A stretch of 63,145 bases of DNA, filler included, from Globobulimina sp. (Eukaryota), in the NCBI GenBank assembly GCA_003354225.1. It is 16 parts of 16 records of this genome, joined end to end, with 100 filler letters (N's around TTAATTAATTAA, not from the genome) between each part and the next. Parts side by side here need not be neighbours in the genome. Positions count along the whole stretch, not along the records: positions 1 to 3,858 come from PIVH01001982.1; positions 3,959 to 7,814 come from PIVH01001983.1; positions 7,915 to 11,769 come from PIVH01001984.1; 13 more parts are not named here. One strand, given 5' to 3'. The notes below the pieces were generated by a model. That model was given only the letters and a program-made list of their open reading frames with translations. It had not been told where the DNA came from and ran no database searches. The translations under genes and the position numbers were made by a program. This document shows, one piece after another, positions 1 through 9,330 of the stretch. Each line of letters starts with the position of its first letter. Within the stretch, counting starts at the first letter, position 1.

Positions 1-501
1 TCACCATCCATTACTTTATCAAATAATGGAACAGCTATCACAAGAAAGGTTGTATCGGCAAATTTACATCATTCATGCGGAGTATATGGTGTATTGCGGA
101 AAGGAAAACGATACATTGAATTTCAAATTATGTCGCATGGAAATAGAACAATTATGTTTGGCGTGACTGAAGCAGAGTGTTTTTTGTATGCATCATATCC
201 TGGACATCCCAGTGTGAAAGGTCTTTCTTATTATGCACAAAATGGACATTGTTACAGAAGCAATGCTAATGAAACTTGGGGTGCTGTGTTAAATTGGAAG
301 GATAGAGTTGGTATTTTAGTGGATGTCAGCAATGATCAAAGTGTTGCAACCATTGCATTTTATATCAATGGTACATTGGTTAAACAACCAAAAAATCTGA
401 AAGATTATATGGATGTTTCGAAAGGGATTGTGTTTGTTGTAAACTTGTATGGTCACAATGAGCAGGTGTTGATTGTACAAAATACAAATATACCTCAATA
501 A
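1..501 (+). CDS. SPRY/B30.2 domain protein, 5'-partial
   Basis: Frame open from base 1 (SPSITLSNNGTAIT...GKRYIEFQI...IMFGV...LSYYAQNG...DRVGILVD...IAFYING), a SPRY beta-sandwich pattern. Confidence 0.75.
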   Translation, partial: SPSITLSNNGTAITRKVVSANLHHSCGVYGVLRKGKRYIEFQIMSHGNRTIMFGVTEAECFLYASYPGHPSVKGLSYYAQNGHCYRSNANETWGAVLNWKDRVGILVDVSNDQSVATIAFYINGTLVKQPKNLKDYMDVSKGIVFVVNLYGHNEQVLIVQNTNIPQ

Positions 502-534
502 TAATTAAGTGTGAAAAACTCGTAGTTTGGTTCA

Positions 535-2649
535 ATGGCAGATTTAGATCTAAAATTGCAACTATCACTTTCAAATCGTTCAAGTAATTCAAATAAATTT
601 TTCACCCCAATCCCATCGCCAATAAAAAAGAAATTATTTTATACGCGATTACCGGATTATAAATTTGATAAAAGAGTGAGTTTCCTTCCATCATTTCAGA
701 ATACACTATCCGATAAAAAGAAATTAACAGCAGAAAAATTAAAAAAATGTGAAGCACTGCAACGAATCACATTGATTTTGACCAAATATCAAAAATGGAT
801 CAGGAAAAAAAAATGCATTGTCCAAAAATGGGATGACGACAGCGACTCCGATGAAGATTCAGATGAAGACAGTGACTCAGATTCAAGTTCTGATGACGAC
901 CAAATGAGTGATGAAGAACATATGAATTTGGCCATATTTCAACAAATGGCGTATGGCAACAGTTCCATGATGCGCAAAATCAAAGAAAATCAGGTTTATA
1001 ACTGGATCAACAAACATTTGAGTAAAAATTACAGCGAATCCCGGCTATTGGAGGATTACTTGCATTTATTAAACGAGCACGTCGATGAATTTGAGCAGAT
1101 TCATAAACATTTATGTGCTGCACTTGATAAACAGGTAAAAACCGATGACAATTTCAAGGGAACCTACATTCAATACACCTCAAAGCAAGAGGCTTCCTTC
1201 AACATTGAGATTAATATCGAACAGTTATTGAATGAGATACAACTATATTTTGGTGGTATATTTGATGTGGCCTTTTTTCATCAAAAATATAGAGTGCTCA
1301 AACAAATTGGTTCCGGCATCGAAGGCGATGTTCACAAAGTTAAGCTACGCACAAAATTTGATTCTTTCATTCTCGAAGACGACGCCGACGAGAAAGCACA
1401 AAGTAGCTCTGATGAGGAGGAGGAGGATGACGATGGATATTACTATGCAGCGAAAACCATAAAATATAATGAACGGACGATGAATAATTACCGCGTGATG
1501 GGCAAGTTTGAGATCTTGGATGATTTTGAAATGTATTTAGATAAAAAAAAGGATAAATTAATCTTAGTCTCGGAATGGTGGCACTGGGACATCTTTGATT
1601 ATATGCGGAAATACAACAAAGTTTTTAGTGAGACACAATTGCATAAAATGATGAGCTTTTATATATTGCCGTTGCTAATGAAGTTGCATTCGAATTGTTA
1701 TATTCATGGCGATATTAAGCCGAATAATTTTGTAGTGAACATTCTGAATGAAGACGAAAATGAATATGGTTTGATTGATTTTGGTACAATGTTGAAAATG
1801 AATGAATTGTCGGAAACAGTGCGAAGTGGTTTGTGTGGGTCAATGGGTTACTATGCGCCCGAAATATTATTTTTAATGTACGACGGCCCCGTTAAGATTG
1901 ACGCAAAAGTTGATATTTGGGCGTTGGGATTGACTTTTATTTATTTGTTGAGTGGGTGGCATCCGCTGATGAACGATGACTTGAATATTTTGGGGGAAAG
2001 GAAAATAAAAATGAAAATTGAGAAATGTTTGGCTCAAATGCGAAAAAGTAATAAAATATCGCAGCATTTGAAAGAATTATTGTTGAATATGTTGGAAATT
2101 CAACCATTGAAAAGATTTAATTTGTATCAGATTTTGAATGATAAATGGATCACAAAGAAAGAAAATGAGATCGAATCGATATTGTTTTTGGATATTGATG
2201 GCGTTTTAAATGATAATAAATCGAAAGCAAAAACAATGAGACCAGAATTAATTATGAAATTAAAAAAAATTATCAATTTGAGTCAGTGTCACATTGTGTT
2301 GAGTTCATCATGGCGGCGGGTACCTGAATTAAAGAGAAAATTTAAAAAACAATTCAATAAAATTGCGAGGATTAATATTGATGCAATATATGTTGGTGAT
2401 ACACCGTTTAATGGTAAAAACCCAACGCGAGTTCATGAATTAATGGAATATTTCGAAAAAAATGAAGCAAAAATAGCTGATGATGTTAAATGGGTTGTTG
2501 TTGATGACATGGATTTGATCAATGAAGATGTAGCATTTTCAAATCAATGTAAAGCATTTTTAGATGGACATTGGGTACAAACCGATATTCAAACTGGTTT
2601 AACAAATGAAAATGTACAAGAAATCATATCAATTTTGAACCGTGAATGA
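535..2649 (+). CDS. Ser/Thr protein kinase fused to a C-terminal HAD phosphatase domain (Swiss Army Knife RNA-repair HAD type)
   Basis: Kinase motifs IGSGIEGDV, AAK, HGDIKPNN, DFG, APE, DIWALG. C-terminal HAD motifs ILFLDIDGVLN, IVLSSSWR, GDTP, WVVVDDMDL, QTD..GLT. Confidence 0.85.
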   Translation: MADLDLKLQLSLSNRSSNSNKFFTPIPSPIKKKLFYTRLPDYKFDKRVSFLPSFQNTLSDKKKLTAEKLKKCEALQRITLILTKYQKWIRKKKCIVQKWDDDSDSDEDSDEDSDSDSSSDDDQMSDEEHMNLAIFQQMAYGNSSMMRKIKENQVYNWINKHLSKNYSESRLLEDYLHLLNEHVDEFEQIHKHLCAALDKQVKTDDNFKGTYIQYTSKQEASFNIEINIEQLLNEIQLYFGGIFDVAFFHQKYRVLKQIGSGIEGDVHKVKLRTKFDSFILEDDADEKAQSSSDEEEEDDDGYYYAAKTIKYNERTMNNYRVMGKFEILDDFEMYLDKKKDKLILVSEWWHWDIFDYMRKYNKVFSETQLHKMMSFYILPLLMKLHSNCYIHGDIKPNNFVVNILNEDENEYGLIDFGTMLKMNELSETVRSGLCGSMGYYAPEILFLMYDGPVKIDAKVDIWALGLTFIYLLSGWHPLMNDDLNILGERKIKMKIEKCLAQMRKSNKISQHLKELLLNMLEIQPLKRFNLYQILNDKWITKKENEIESILFLDIDGVLNDNKSKAKTMRPELIMKLKKIINLSQCHIVLSSSWRRVPELKRKFKKQFNKIARINIDAIYVGDTPFNGKNPTRVHELMEYFEKNEAKIADDVKWVVVDDMDLINEDVAFSNQCKAFLDGHWVQTDIQTGLTNENVQEIISILNRE

Positions 2650-2810
2650 ATGAATGAATTATTATATTTATATATATATCGTTTTTTGTTGTGTAAGGCC
2701 TCGACATTTGCTCTCAATATGCGTGTCAATTCGTTCTCTGCTACGAAGGCTAAAGAGCTTTTCACGCAAACGTGCAAACAATAAATATGTCCGTAAATTG
2801 TTATTGATTC

Positions 2811-3599
2811 TTAGTATGAAGATGATTCGAATATAAGTAAGATATTATCGATTAGTTTAATGATGGTCACTTTATTGTTATCACGACATGTTTGTTCATG
2901 TGATATTGATTCAAGTTTATGATCATTACATTGCTTTGATTGCAACTGTCTTTCCAAATTATTAGATGGCTTTGCAGAGTTTTTCAAAACAGAACATTTC
3001 CCCCAATCTTTTCCAAATATTTCTTTTTCATCCAACATATCATTGGCATGCTGATTCAGATTTTTTTTAAATGTAAATCGTTTCACCATATCCCATTCAG
3101 ATATTTTATTCTTTTGTGTTGGAGTTAGCCAAAGCTCAACAGAATCAATCGTAAATTCCGAAAAGTCTTTCTCTTTCAAATCAATTTCATTGCGAAGATC
3201 TTCCGGCACTTTATTTGGATCACAATATAATAGCGATAAATGAGGCATATATTTTGGCTCATCATATTTACAAAATAAATTCCTACAAATTGAATTCGCA
3301 GTAATTAATTCCGATGTTAATTCAATTGAAATATAAAGGCATTGGAAATATGATGTGCCGTAATCAATATATTTTAACTTTACTTTAAAGGGTGCCAATT
3401 TGTTACATAATTGCTCCACTTTGCTCATGACCATCGCTGTGGGGAATTCAAAGATTGCAGGCATTAAAGTTATATGTGGTTCAAATGCAATTGTATTATG
3501 TTGTTTGCTAAGAGTTGATATTATTGTTCTTAATTTATCTGATAGCTCCGGTGGAGGACACATCCACAATGAATAAATTGTGTGCGCTGAGGTGGCCAT
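2811..3599 (-). CDS. 2H phosphoesterase, 2',3'-cyclic nucleotide phosphodiesterase (CPDase-like)
   Basis: YSLW..P start and two Hx(T/S) motifs, FEPHITL and YMPHLSLLY. Likely ATG at 3599. Confidence 0.88.
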   Translation of the reverse strand: MATSAHTIYSLWMCPPPELSDKLRTIISTLSKQHNTIAFEPHITLMPAIFEFPTAMVMSKVEQLCNKLAPFKVKLKYIDYGTSYFQCLYISIELTSELITANSICRNLFCKYDEPKYMPHLSLLYCDPNKVPEDLRNEIDLKEKDFSEFTIDSVELWLTPTQKNKISEWDMVKRFTFKKNLNQHANDMLDEKEIFGKDWGKCSVLKNSAKPSNNLERQLQSKQCNDHKLESISHEQTCRDNNKVTIIKLIDNILLIFESSSY

Positions 3600-3858
3600 T
3601 ATCAAAGAGCAGTAAAAACTTTCAACTGAAGTGTAGTGGAACATCCATCGAGAACGAGAACGACATTATCAACAGACCACGTATAAAGTAACGTTGTCGT
3701 TGTTGCGAGATGTGGACGAATAAAGATAATAAATTATTAATTAATTAATAAGTTAATTTACATATTTTACATTATAATTTTGAATCAATTTGACAAGCTT
3801 TTTTAATGGCATTTTCCATATGTTTTTGGAAAAAATGTGGCCAAGATTCAAGATGTTC

Positions 3859-3958
3859 NNNNNNNNNNNNNNNNNNNNNNNNNNNNNNNNNNNNNNNNNN
3901 NNTTAATTAATTAANNNNNNNNNNNNNNNNNNNNNNNNNNNNNNNNNNNNNNNNNNNN
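3859..3958. other. Artificial contig linker N44-TTAATTAATTAA-N44 (first of 15)
   Basis: Identical 100-nt linkers with stops in all six frames at 3859, 7815, 11770, 15724, 19678, 23632, 27586, 31539, 35492, 39445, 43398, 47349, 51300, 55251 and 59199. The intervening segments never increase in length (3858 to 3847 bp). Confidence 0.99.
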
Positions 3959-4115
3959 ACAAAAGACAATAAAGCAGAGGAAGATGAAGATGAAAATAAT
4001 GATGATGATGGTATGTGTATTGTATACAAAATATATCCGATATACTAAGTATTGTATAACAATCAAATAAATAGGTGATGCCGATGCCGGAGGTGATGGC
4101 GATGGTGGTGATTGA
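3959..4115 (+). CDS. 3' end of an unknown gene with an acidic/Gly tail (intron 4011-4074)
   Basis: Open acidic frame, a GTATGT...ATAG intron, then DADAGGDGDGGD-stop. Confidence 0.45.
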
Positions 4116-4504
4116 CGGCTAAATTATGAAAAACCCACAATATATTAATACAAACTGTTTTTGTTTGTTTTTTTCGATTTGTATTAAGTTATTGTCCGTA
4201 TATTTTTATGTACTATATTTTCTTCGATATGTTAAGGCCCTCACTGGTGTCCTCCAATATGTTTGCTTTTGTTTTTATGTTTGTCCTTTAATATTTGCTA
4301 AAGACAAAAAAAAGCTGTATGAATTTTTACTGATGAAACTTTAATTAAATTATCATTGAGGTAACCGATATTATCAATAATGCGATAATAGTAATAATTG
4401 CGAAAACATCCTTGCACCTAAAACCCACGAAAAAAAAATCAATCAAACAATAAGAAGAAAACACATAGAATACAATGTTTTTGCAAGTCCTGTAAGAATG
4501 GAAA

Positions 4505-5112
4505 TTAATATTGCTGAGAGCTTGACAATTTAGAATGTCCAGAATCGCCTTTTTTCTTCTTTTTGGGCATCAATTCTGGCCGCACCTGTATACGTTGCAT
4601 GTGTTTTGGAGTACAAATTGTGTTTTTAATCACAAAGAAATGGAAATAAATGCGCGTAGAAGGCATACATTTGGCATAACGCCCGCCTGAACAATGGTCA
4701 CTTCGCTTAATAATGTTCGCAATTCGTCATCGTTTTTAATTGCCAACATGATATGCCGTGGGATAATCCTTTGTTTTTTATTATCTTTGGCTGCGTTTCC
4801 CGCCAATTCCAATAACTCTGCGGTTAAGTATTCCAAAACTGAGGCAAGATATATTGGGGCACCGCCGCCAATTCTCTGTGTATAATATAATATAAACATA
4901 TATGTATTGCATCAGTCAATGATAAAATGAGTGGACTAAACTCTGCCATATCCGCCGTCTCTCATATACCGAGCAATTCTGCCCACTGGGAATTGTAAAC
5001 CAGCTCTTTGTGAACGCGATCGCTGCTTTTTTGTATCACCAACTCCTTTGCCTTTCCCTTTACCCTTTCCGTGCTTTCCTGAGCCTTTACTGGATCGCTT
5101 TTTTGAGGACAT
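4505..5112 (-). CDS. H2A: Histone H2A, H2A.X-like variant; exons 5112-4942, 4875-4669, 4585-4505
   Basis: [53 protein letters not shown]. Two GT-AG introns restore the frame; the spliced product ends SSSQQY-stop. Confidence 0.95.
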
Positions 5113-5329
5113 TTCTTAGCTAATAATCGGTGATATTGATATCAAAAGAAATGAAGAAAATTAAATATTAATGTGTAAAATCTGTTATTTATCACAAAAA
5201 ATTGTTCATTTGCAGAATTGTTTTTTTTTATTTGATTGAAATTCTTTTGAGACCGTTTGTCATTATCATCGAATAAATGCGCTTTTATTTATTATTAAGT
5301 ACGCGGAGGAGAGACAATTGCATGCTGAC

Positions 5330-6478
5330 ATGGTCGAGACTGACGAGAGAGAGAGGAGACTGCTGATGAAAACTGAAGAAAAAACACTTTGGAAAACCTC
5401 CGTTAGAATGAACCGTTTAACGGCTTGCCTCATTGTTGGTGTGTTGGTTGCAGTTGTTGTTTATGTCTGGTTCTTAGATAGTAAAGAATCAGCGTATCCT
5501 AATACTGATACCAAGCAGTCAAATGAATCTAAGCAATCACCAAAGGATTCCACACTTGAACAAGAAGCGGAGCTAAACGACAAAGAAGAGCTGAACGACG
5601 AAGAAGAGCTAACCGACGAAGAAGAGATAAAAGATGAAGATAATACGGATGTGAATCATGTGATGGATGAAGGACTTATCAAATATGATTGTGAATGGAT
5701 TAAAGGTGACATAGAATTTAAAGCAATTGAAAAATTATTGAATGCACGAAATAAATTGCATGACTTGGGATTAATTGATGTATATAAAAATGGAATTGGA
5801 TTTGGAAATATATCACAAAGAATAATGCCAAATGATAATAGTAATAAAGTATCATTTTATATCACAGGTTCGCAAACAAATAAAATTAATAGCAATGATA
5901 TGAATGAATCACATTTTACCATCGTAAACAATTATGATATTGCACAGAATAAATTGAATTGTATTGGACCCATTGTTGCCTCATCAGAGTCAATGACTCA
6001 CGCCGCCATTTATGAATTAAATGCAAATATAAACTGTGTGGTACATGTTCATAATAATAAGCTATGGAATATATGTCTTAATAAATTACCAACAACACTT
6101 AAGAATGTTGCATATGGCTCGCCGGAAATGGCAAAAGAGGTTAAACGAATTTATAGCGGCAATGTTGGCAATATACAAAAGATTAAAGTATTTGTGATGG
6201 GTGGACATGAGGATGGTTTAGTTGCATTTGGTGATTCTATTCAAGATGCTACAAATTTAATGATTAATACATACGGCAAATATTGTGATGTGCGGAAGGA
6301 TGATGAATTACAGAATAATAATAGCAGTGGTAGCAGCAGTAAGGGAATGAATATTGAAATTATTGAAAACTATACACCAAAGAGAGTGGCTCAAAATGAT
6401 GGGAAAAATAATAATGGTGGAAAAAATGGTCAATTTGTTCAAGTGGAATCTCTCGATTCGGATCCATTTGTTCTTTAA
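5330..6478 (+). CDS. Class II aldolase/adducin-family protein with N-terminal transmembrane anchor and acidic stalk
   Basis: GFGNIS, FYITGS, ASSESMTHAAIY, VVHVH, YGSPEMA, MGGHEDG. Hydrophobic LIVGVLVAVVVYVWFL segment and 18-nt ELNDEE-type repeats. Confidence 0.85.
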   Translation: MVETDERERRLLMKTEEKTLWKTSVRMNRLTACLIVGVLVAVVVYVWFLDSKESAYPNTDTKQSNESKQSPKDSTLEQEAELNDKEELNDEEELTDEEEIKDEDNTDVNHVMDEGLIKYDCEWIKGDIEFKAIEKLLNARNKLHDLGLIDVYKNGIGFGNISQRIMPNDNSNKVSFYITGSQTNKINSNDMNESHFTIVNNYDIAQNKLNCIGPIVASSESMTHAAIYELNANINCVVHVHNNKLWNICLNKLPTTLKNVAYGSPEMAKEVKRIYSGNVGNIQKIKVFVMGGHEDGLVAFGDSIQDATNLMINTYGKYCDVRKDDELQNNNSSGSSSKGMNIEIIENYTPKRVAQNDGKNNNGGKNGQFVQVESLDSDPFVL

Positions 6479-6510
6479 ATTCTTGCACTGTTTGTATGCT
6501 TGCGTTGATA

Positions 6511-6708
6511 TCAAAAACGACTTTTTGTTTTTGTCATGACTTTGTTTATCATTATTATGCATTTTTTATAATTATAGCATCGGTTTGCATCAGATTTGCT
6601 GTTCTCCTGATGTTTGTGTTTACAATTTGGTCCATGTTTGTGATGATCGGTGAAGGTATGGCCATGCGAGTGGTTACAGTTTGGACCATGTTTGTTTTCG
6701 TGTGCCAT
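6511..6708 (-). CDS. Small His/Cys-rich peptide (HGPNCxH twice)
   Basis: ATG-initiated ORF with duplicated KHGPNC(N/K)H; no family recognised. Confidence 0.35.
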   Translation of the reverse strand: MAHENKHGPNCNHSHGHTFTDHHKHGPNCKHKHQENSKSDANRCYNYKKCIIMINKVMTKTKSRF

Positions 6709-7269
6709 GTTCGGTTAATGACTTACTGAGGAAATGATTTTTTTGAAAAACATACATCACATTACATTCAATATTAATACAACACAACAAAAATTCGAAT
6801 AATATTTTATTTAATACTTAAAGGGGTAATTTTTTTGGTCCAATAATTTGTCTCTTTAAGATTGCCACATTTAATCTCGATATTTCTCCTCTGACTCGCA
6901 TCCCGCATAAACACCTTTAATGTTTTCTGATCTCTAATAAAATGAAATGTGCCTTTCTTAAATACAATCAATCGTTTCTCTTTATAATTTGCTACAATTT
7001 TTGTGTCTTTATATTAGGCCTCTCCGATAATGCTGCAAATTTCTAAAAACTTTTCGAACTAACTTATTTTTTGCATTCAGTTTGAAAAGTCACACCTTGT
7101 GACTAATGGATTACAAATGGATTATAAATGGATGGGAATTGTTTTTATTATTAAAATGGGGCAAATATCGCAACAATAAACTATTGGCCATTGACTCACA
7201 AAATGCATCACCTATAGCAAATATTACAAATAATGCATCCATTCCATCGCCATTATCTGTATCAGAGAA

Positions 7270-7580
7270 TAATAAACAACAACAACACAACAACAATATT
7301 TGCTACAATATCAACAATATAAACAACAGCAAGATTATCAGCGGTATACTCAAGCACAAGCACCACAGCAAAGGCATAATAGACAGTAATATACACATAC
7401 ACATCAATATCAACAGCAACAGCAACAGCAACAGATGAGATATAATAATAATACCACAAAATACAAAGCAAACACATAATAATAATAATATACACTGTAA
7501 TACGCATATTATCAACAATTCAACATCAACAGCAACAGCACAATAAGCGCAACAATATGCGCAACAACAACAAAAATGCG
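7270..7580. repeat. CAA/CAG/AAT low-complexity, Q/N-rich degenerate coding-like region
   Basis: Runs of caacag, caa and aat with interspersed stops and frame changes. Confidence 0.6.
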
Positions 7581-7652
7581 TTACCATCCATCATAGAGAT
7601 TATTTTGTTATATTTAGCATTGGATATCATATTTGCGCGCATCTAATCTGTT

Positions 7653-7708
7653 GTGATGATGCTTAACGAGATCAAGCATATCTTTGGGTTCAAACCCCAA
7701 TCATCACA
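7653..7708 (+). ncRNA. tRNA-like fold lacking the anticodon arm
   Basis: 7-bp stem GTGATGA/TCATCAC, D-like arm TGCTT/AAGCA, 5-nt linker, T-arm TTGGG-TTCAAAC-CCCAA, followed by A-TTTT. Confidence 0.5.
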
Positions 7709-7914
7709 TTTTATTATTTTTCATGATATTTGTGCTGATTTGTTTGTTTTGTGTGGGTGCTTTGAGTGCAAGGACCGAAATAAAAAAGTGTAAAAATGAA
7801 TCTGCTGCAGTTTANNNNNNNNNNNNNNNNNNNNNNNNNNNNNNNNNNNNNNNNNNNNTTAATTAATTAANNNNNNNNNNNNNNNNNNNNNNNNNNNNNN
7901 NNNNNNNNNNNNNN

Positions 7915-7975
7915 GATTCGAACCTAGTATTCAAAGTTGAAAACCACTCTAGCTAACCCAAAAACCTTGCCAATC
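7915..7975 (-). pseudogene. Degenerate tRNA (Glu-TTC-like), truncated at the contig edge
   Basis: Minus strand GGTTAG-N6-TGGTTTTCA-N12-AGGTTCGAATC has canonical D-loop/anticodon/T-loop spacing, but the stems pair poorly. Confidence 0.35.
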
Positions 7976-8164
7976 ACAAAAGAAGTGTTTAGAAGTTTAA
8001 GCCTAAAAAGTCAAATATATTTTATTTCCATTTATATCACAGTCATATATATTTGCCACAGAATACTATATTGTGTTGTAAATGGAATCGTTTGTTATGA
8101 GTCATTTGAGTTCGTAGCAAATTGATGACCACAACTCAACATTCGATCATACAAAATAAAAAAG

Positions 8165-9259
8165 TTAATCTACCAAAAGTGTGTAGTGTGCTTGTTCTGA
8201 GTTTAGTACTGTACTGAATTGAATATTTGCATTTTGTAAATTATTTACATTATCAATCCATTTTAAATATGGTGAATATTTTACCAGTATACATTTTCCC
8301 TTCTTTACTATTGTCAAAATAGTTTGTTTCCACAGAAAAATAGATATTATTTGCGCTGCATTATTCATTACAGATAACAATGAAATTGAAATACCGATTG
8401 ATTTAATTTCCATTATTGAATCATCCTCATTTGTATATAAAAACCAATACCCAATGATGGTAGATACCGTATAATTCATTGATATCACACATCCCACAAA
8501 TATTTTAAACCTCACTCCCATTTGCAATGCATCGAACGATGAGAACACGACTATGCATAATATGTTAATTAATGAAAATACAACAATATATGATGTCGAA
8601 TAAGCTCTATAGATAGCACATGTTATTACAAATTGAATCGTGTAAAGTAATTTTAACCAAAACTCAAATGATGATATGATTAATTGAAAGCATCTTTTGT
8701 TTACAGCTAATAATATACAAAAAAGCATTGCAAATGAGTATGAATACAACATTACGTGTAACGCCATAAAAATATTCAACGCATATACGTTCGGTAAAAA
8801 TTGAGTAAATGGTATATAGAGTAAGATCATCATAAAAACAAATATAATCAACAAAATCAACGAACATTTTGAATTAATAATAATGAATATTTTTGTTGCA
8901 TATTTTTGACCAAATAATGAATGTAAAAATGTATTTGTTTTTTCAAAACAATATGTCCATTCTTCTGGATCTTCAGCTTCATGGATTTCTTTCTCATTCT
9001 TTCTTGTTACTAATTTGTAATTATTAGTACTTTGTTTTATTGTTTTATTATAAATTTGTGTTAATTGGTCATTATCTAATTTTACATCGTCAGACGATAA
9101 TAGTAATTTTAAGACAGTATCAATTCCACCAAATATATCAACTATCTCTTGTGTTTTATCATCATTATTGTAATCTGATTCATTTTCTAATTTTTGTTGA
9201 TGAATATTTAATAACACTGTTTTGCTTATATCTCCATTTAAAATGGAAGTTAATTCCAT
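8165..9259 (-). CDS. Multi-pass membrane protein of unknown function
   Basis: Long ORF; likely ATG at 9259 (MELTSIL); soluble N-terminus, then about 6 hydrophobic segments. Confidence 0.7.
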   Translation of the reverse strand: MELTSILNGDISKTVLLNIHQQKLENESDYNNDDKTQEIVDIFGGIDTVLKLLLSSDDVKLDNDQLTQIYNKTIKQSTNNYKLVTRKNEKEIHEAEDPEEWTYCFEKTNTFLHSLFGQKYATKIFIIINSKCSLILLIIFVFMMILLYIPFTQFLPNVYALNIFMALHVMLYSYSFAMLFCILLAVNKRCFQLIISSFEFWLKLLYTIQFVITCAIYRAYSTSYIVVFSLINILCIVVFSSFDALQMGVRFKIFVGCVISMNYTVSTIIGYWFLYTNEDDSIMEIKSIGISISLLSVMNNAAQIISIFLWKQTILTIVKKGKCILVKYSPYLKWIDNVNNLQNANIQFSTVLNSEQAHYTLLVD

Positions 9260-9330
9260 ATGATGTCCCTTCTCGAGTAACAACAGTTTTCTTAATTCAA
9301 CAAAAAATAATTTGTCTTGACAAAAAAAAA

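Noticed and set aside
6548-6570. KKCIIM as a CaaX prenylation box
   Set aside because: Not C-terminal; the frame continues for 12 more residues.
7300-7580. TAA reassigned to Gln (ciliate-type code)
   Set aside because: H2A on the same contig and many other genes end in TAA, and long ORFs are free of TAA; decay explains it better.
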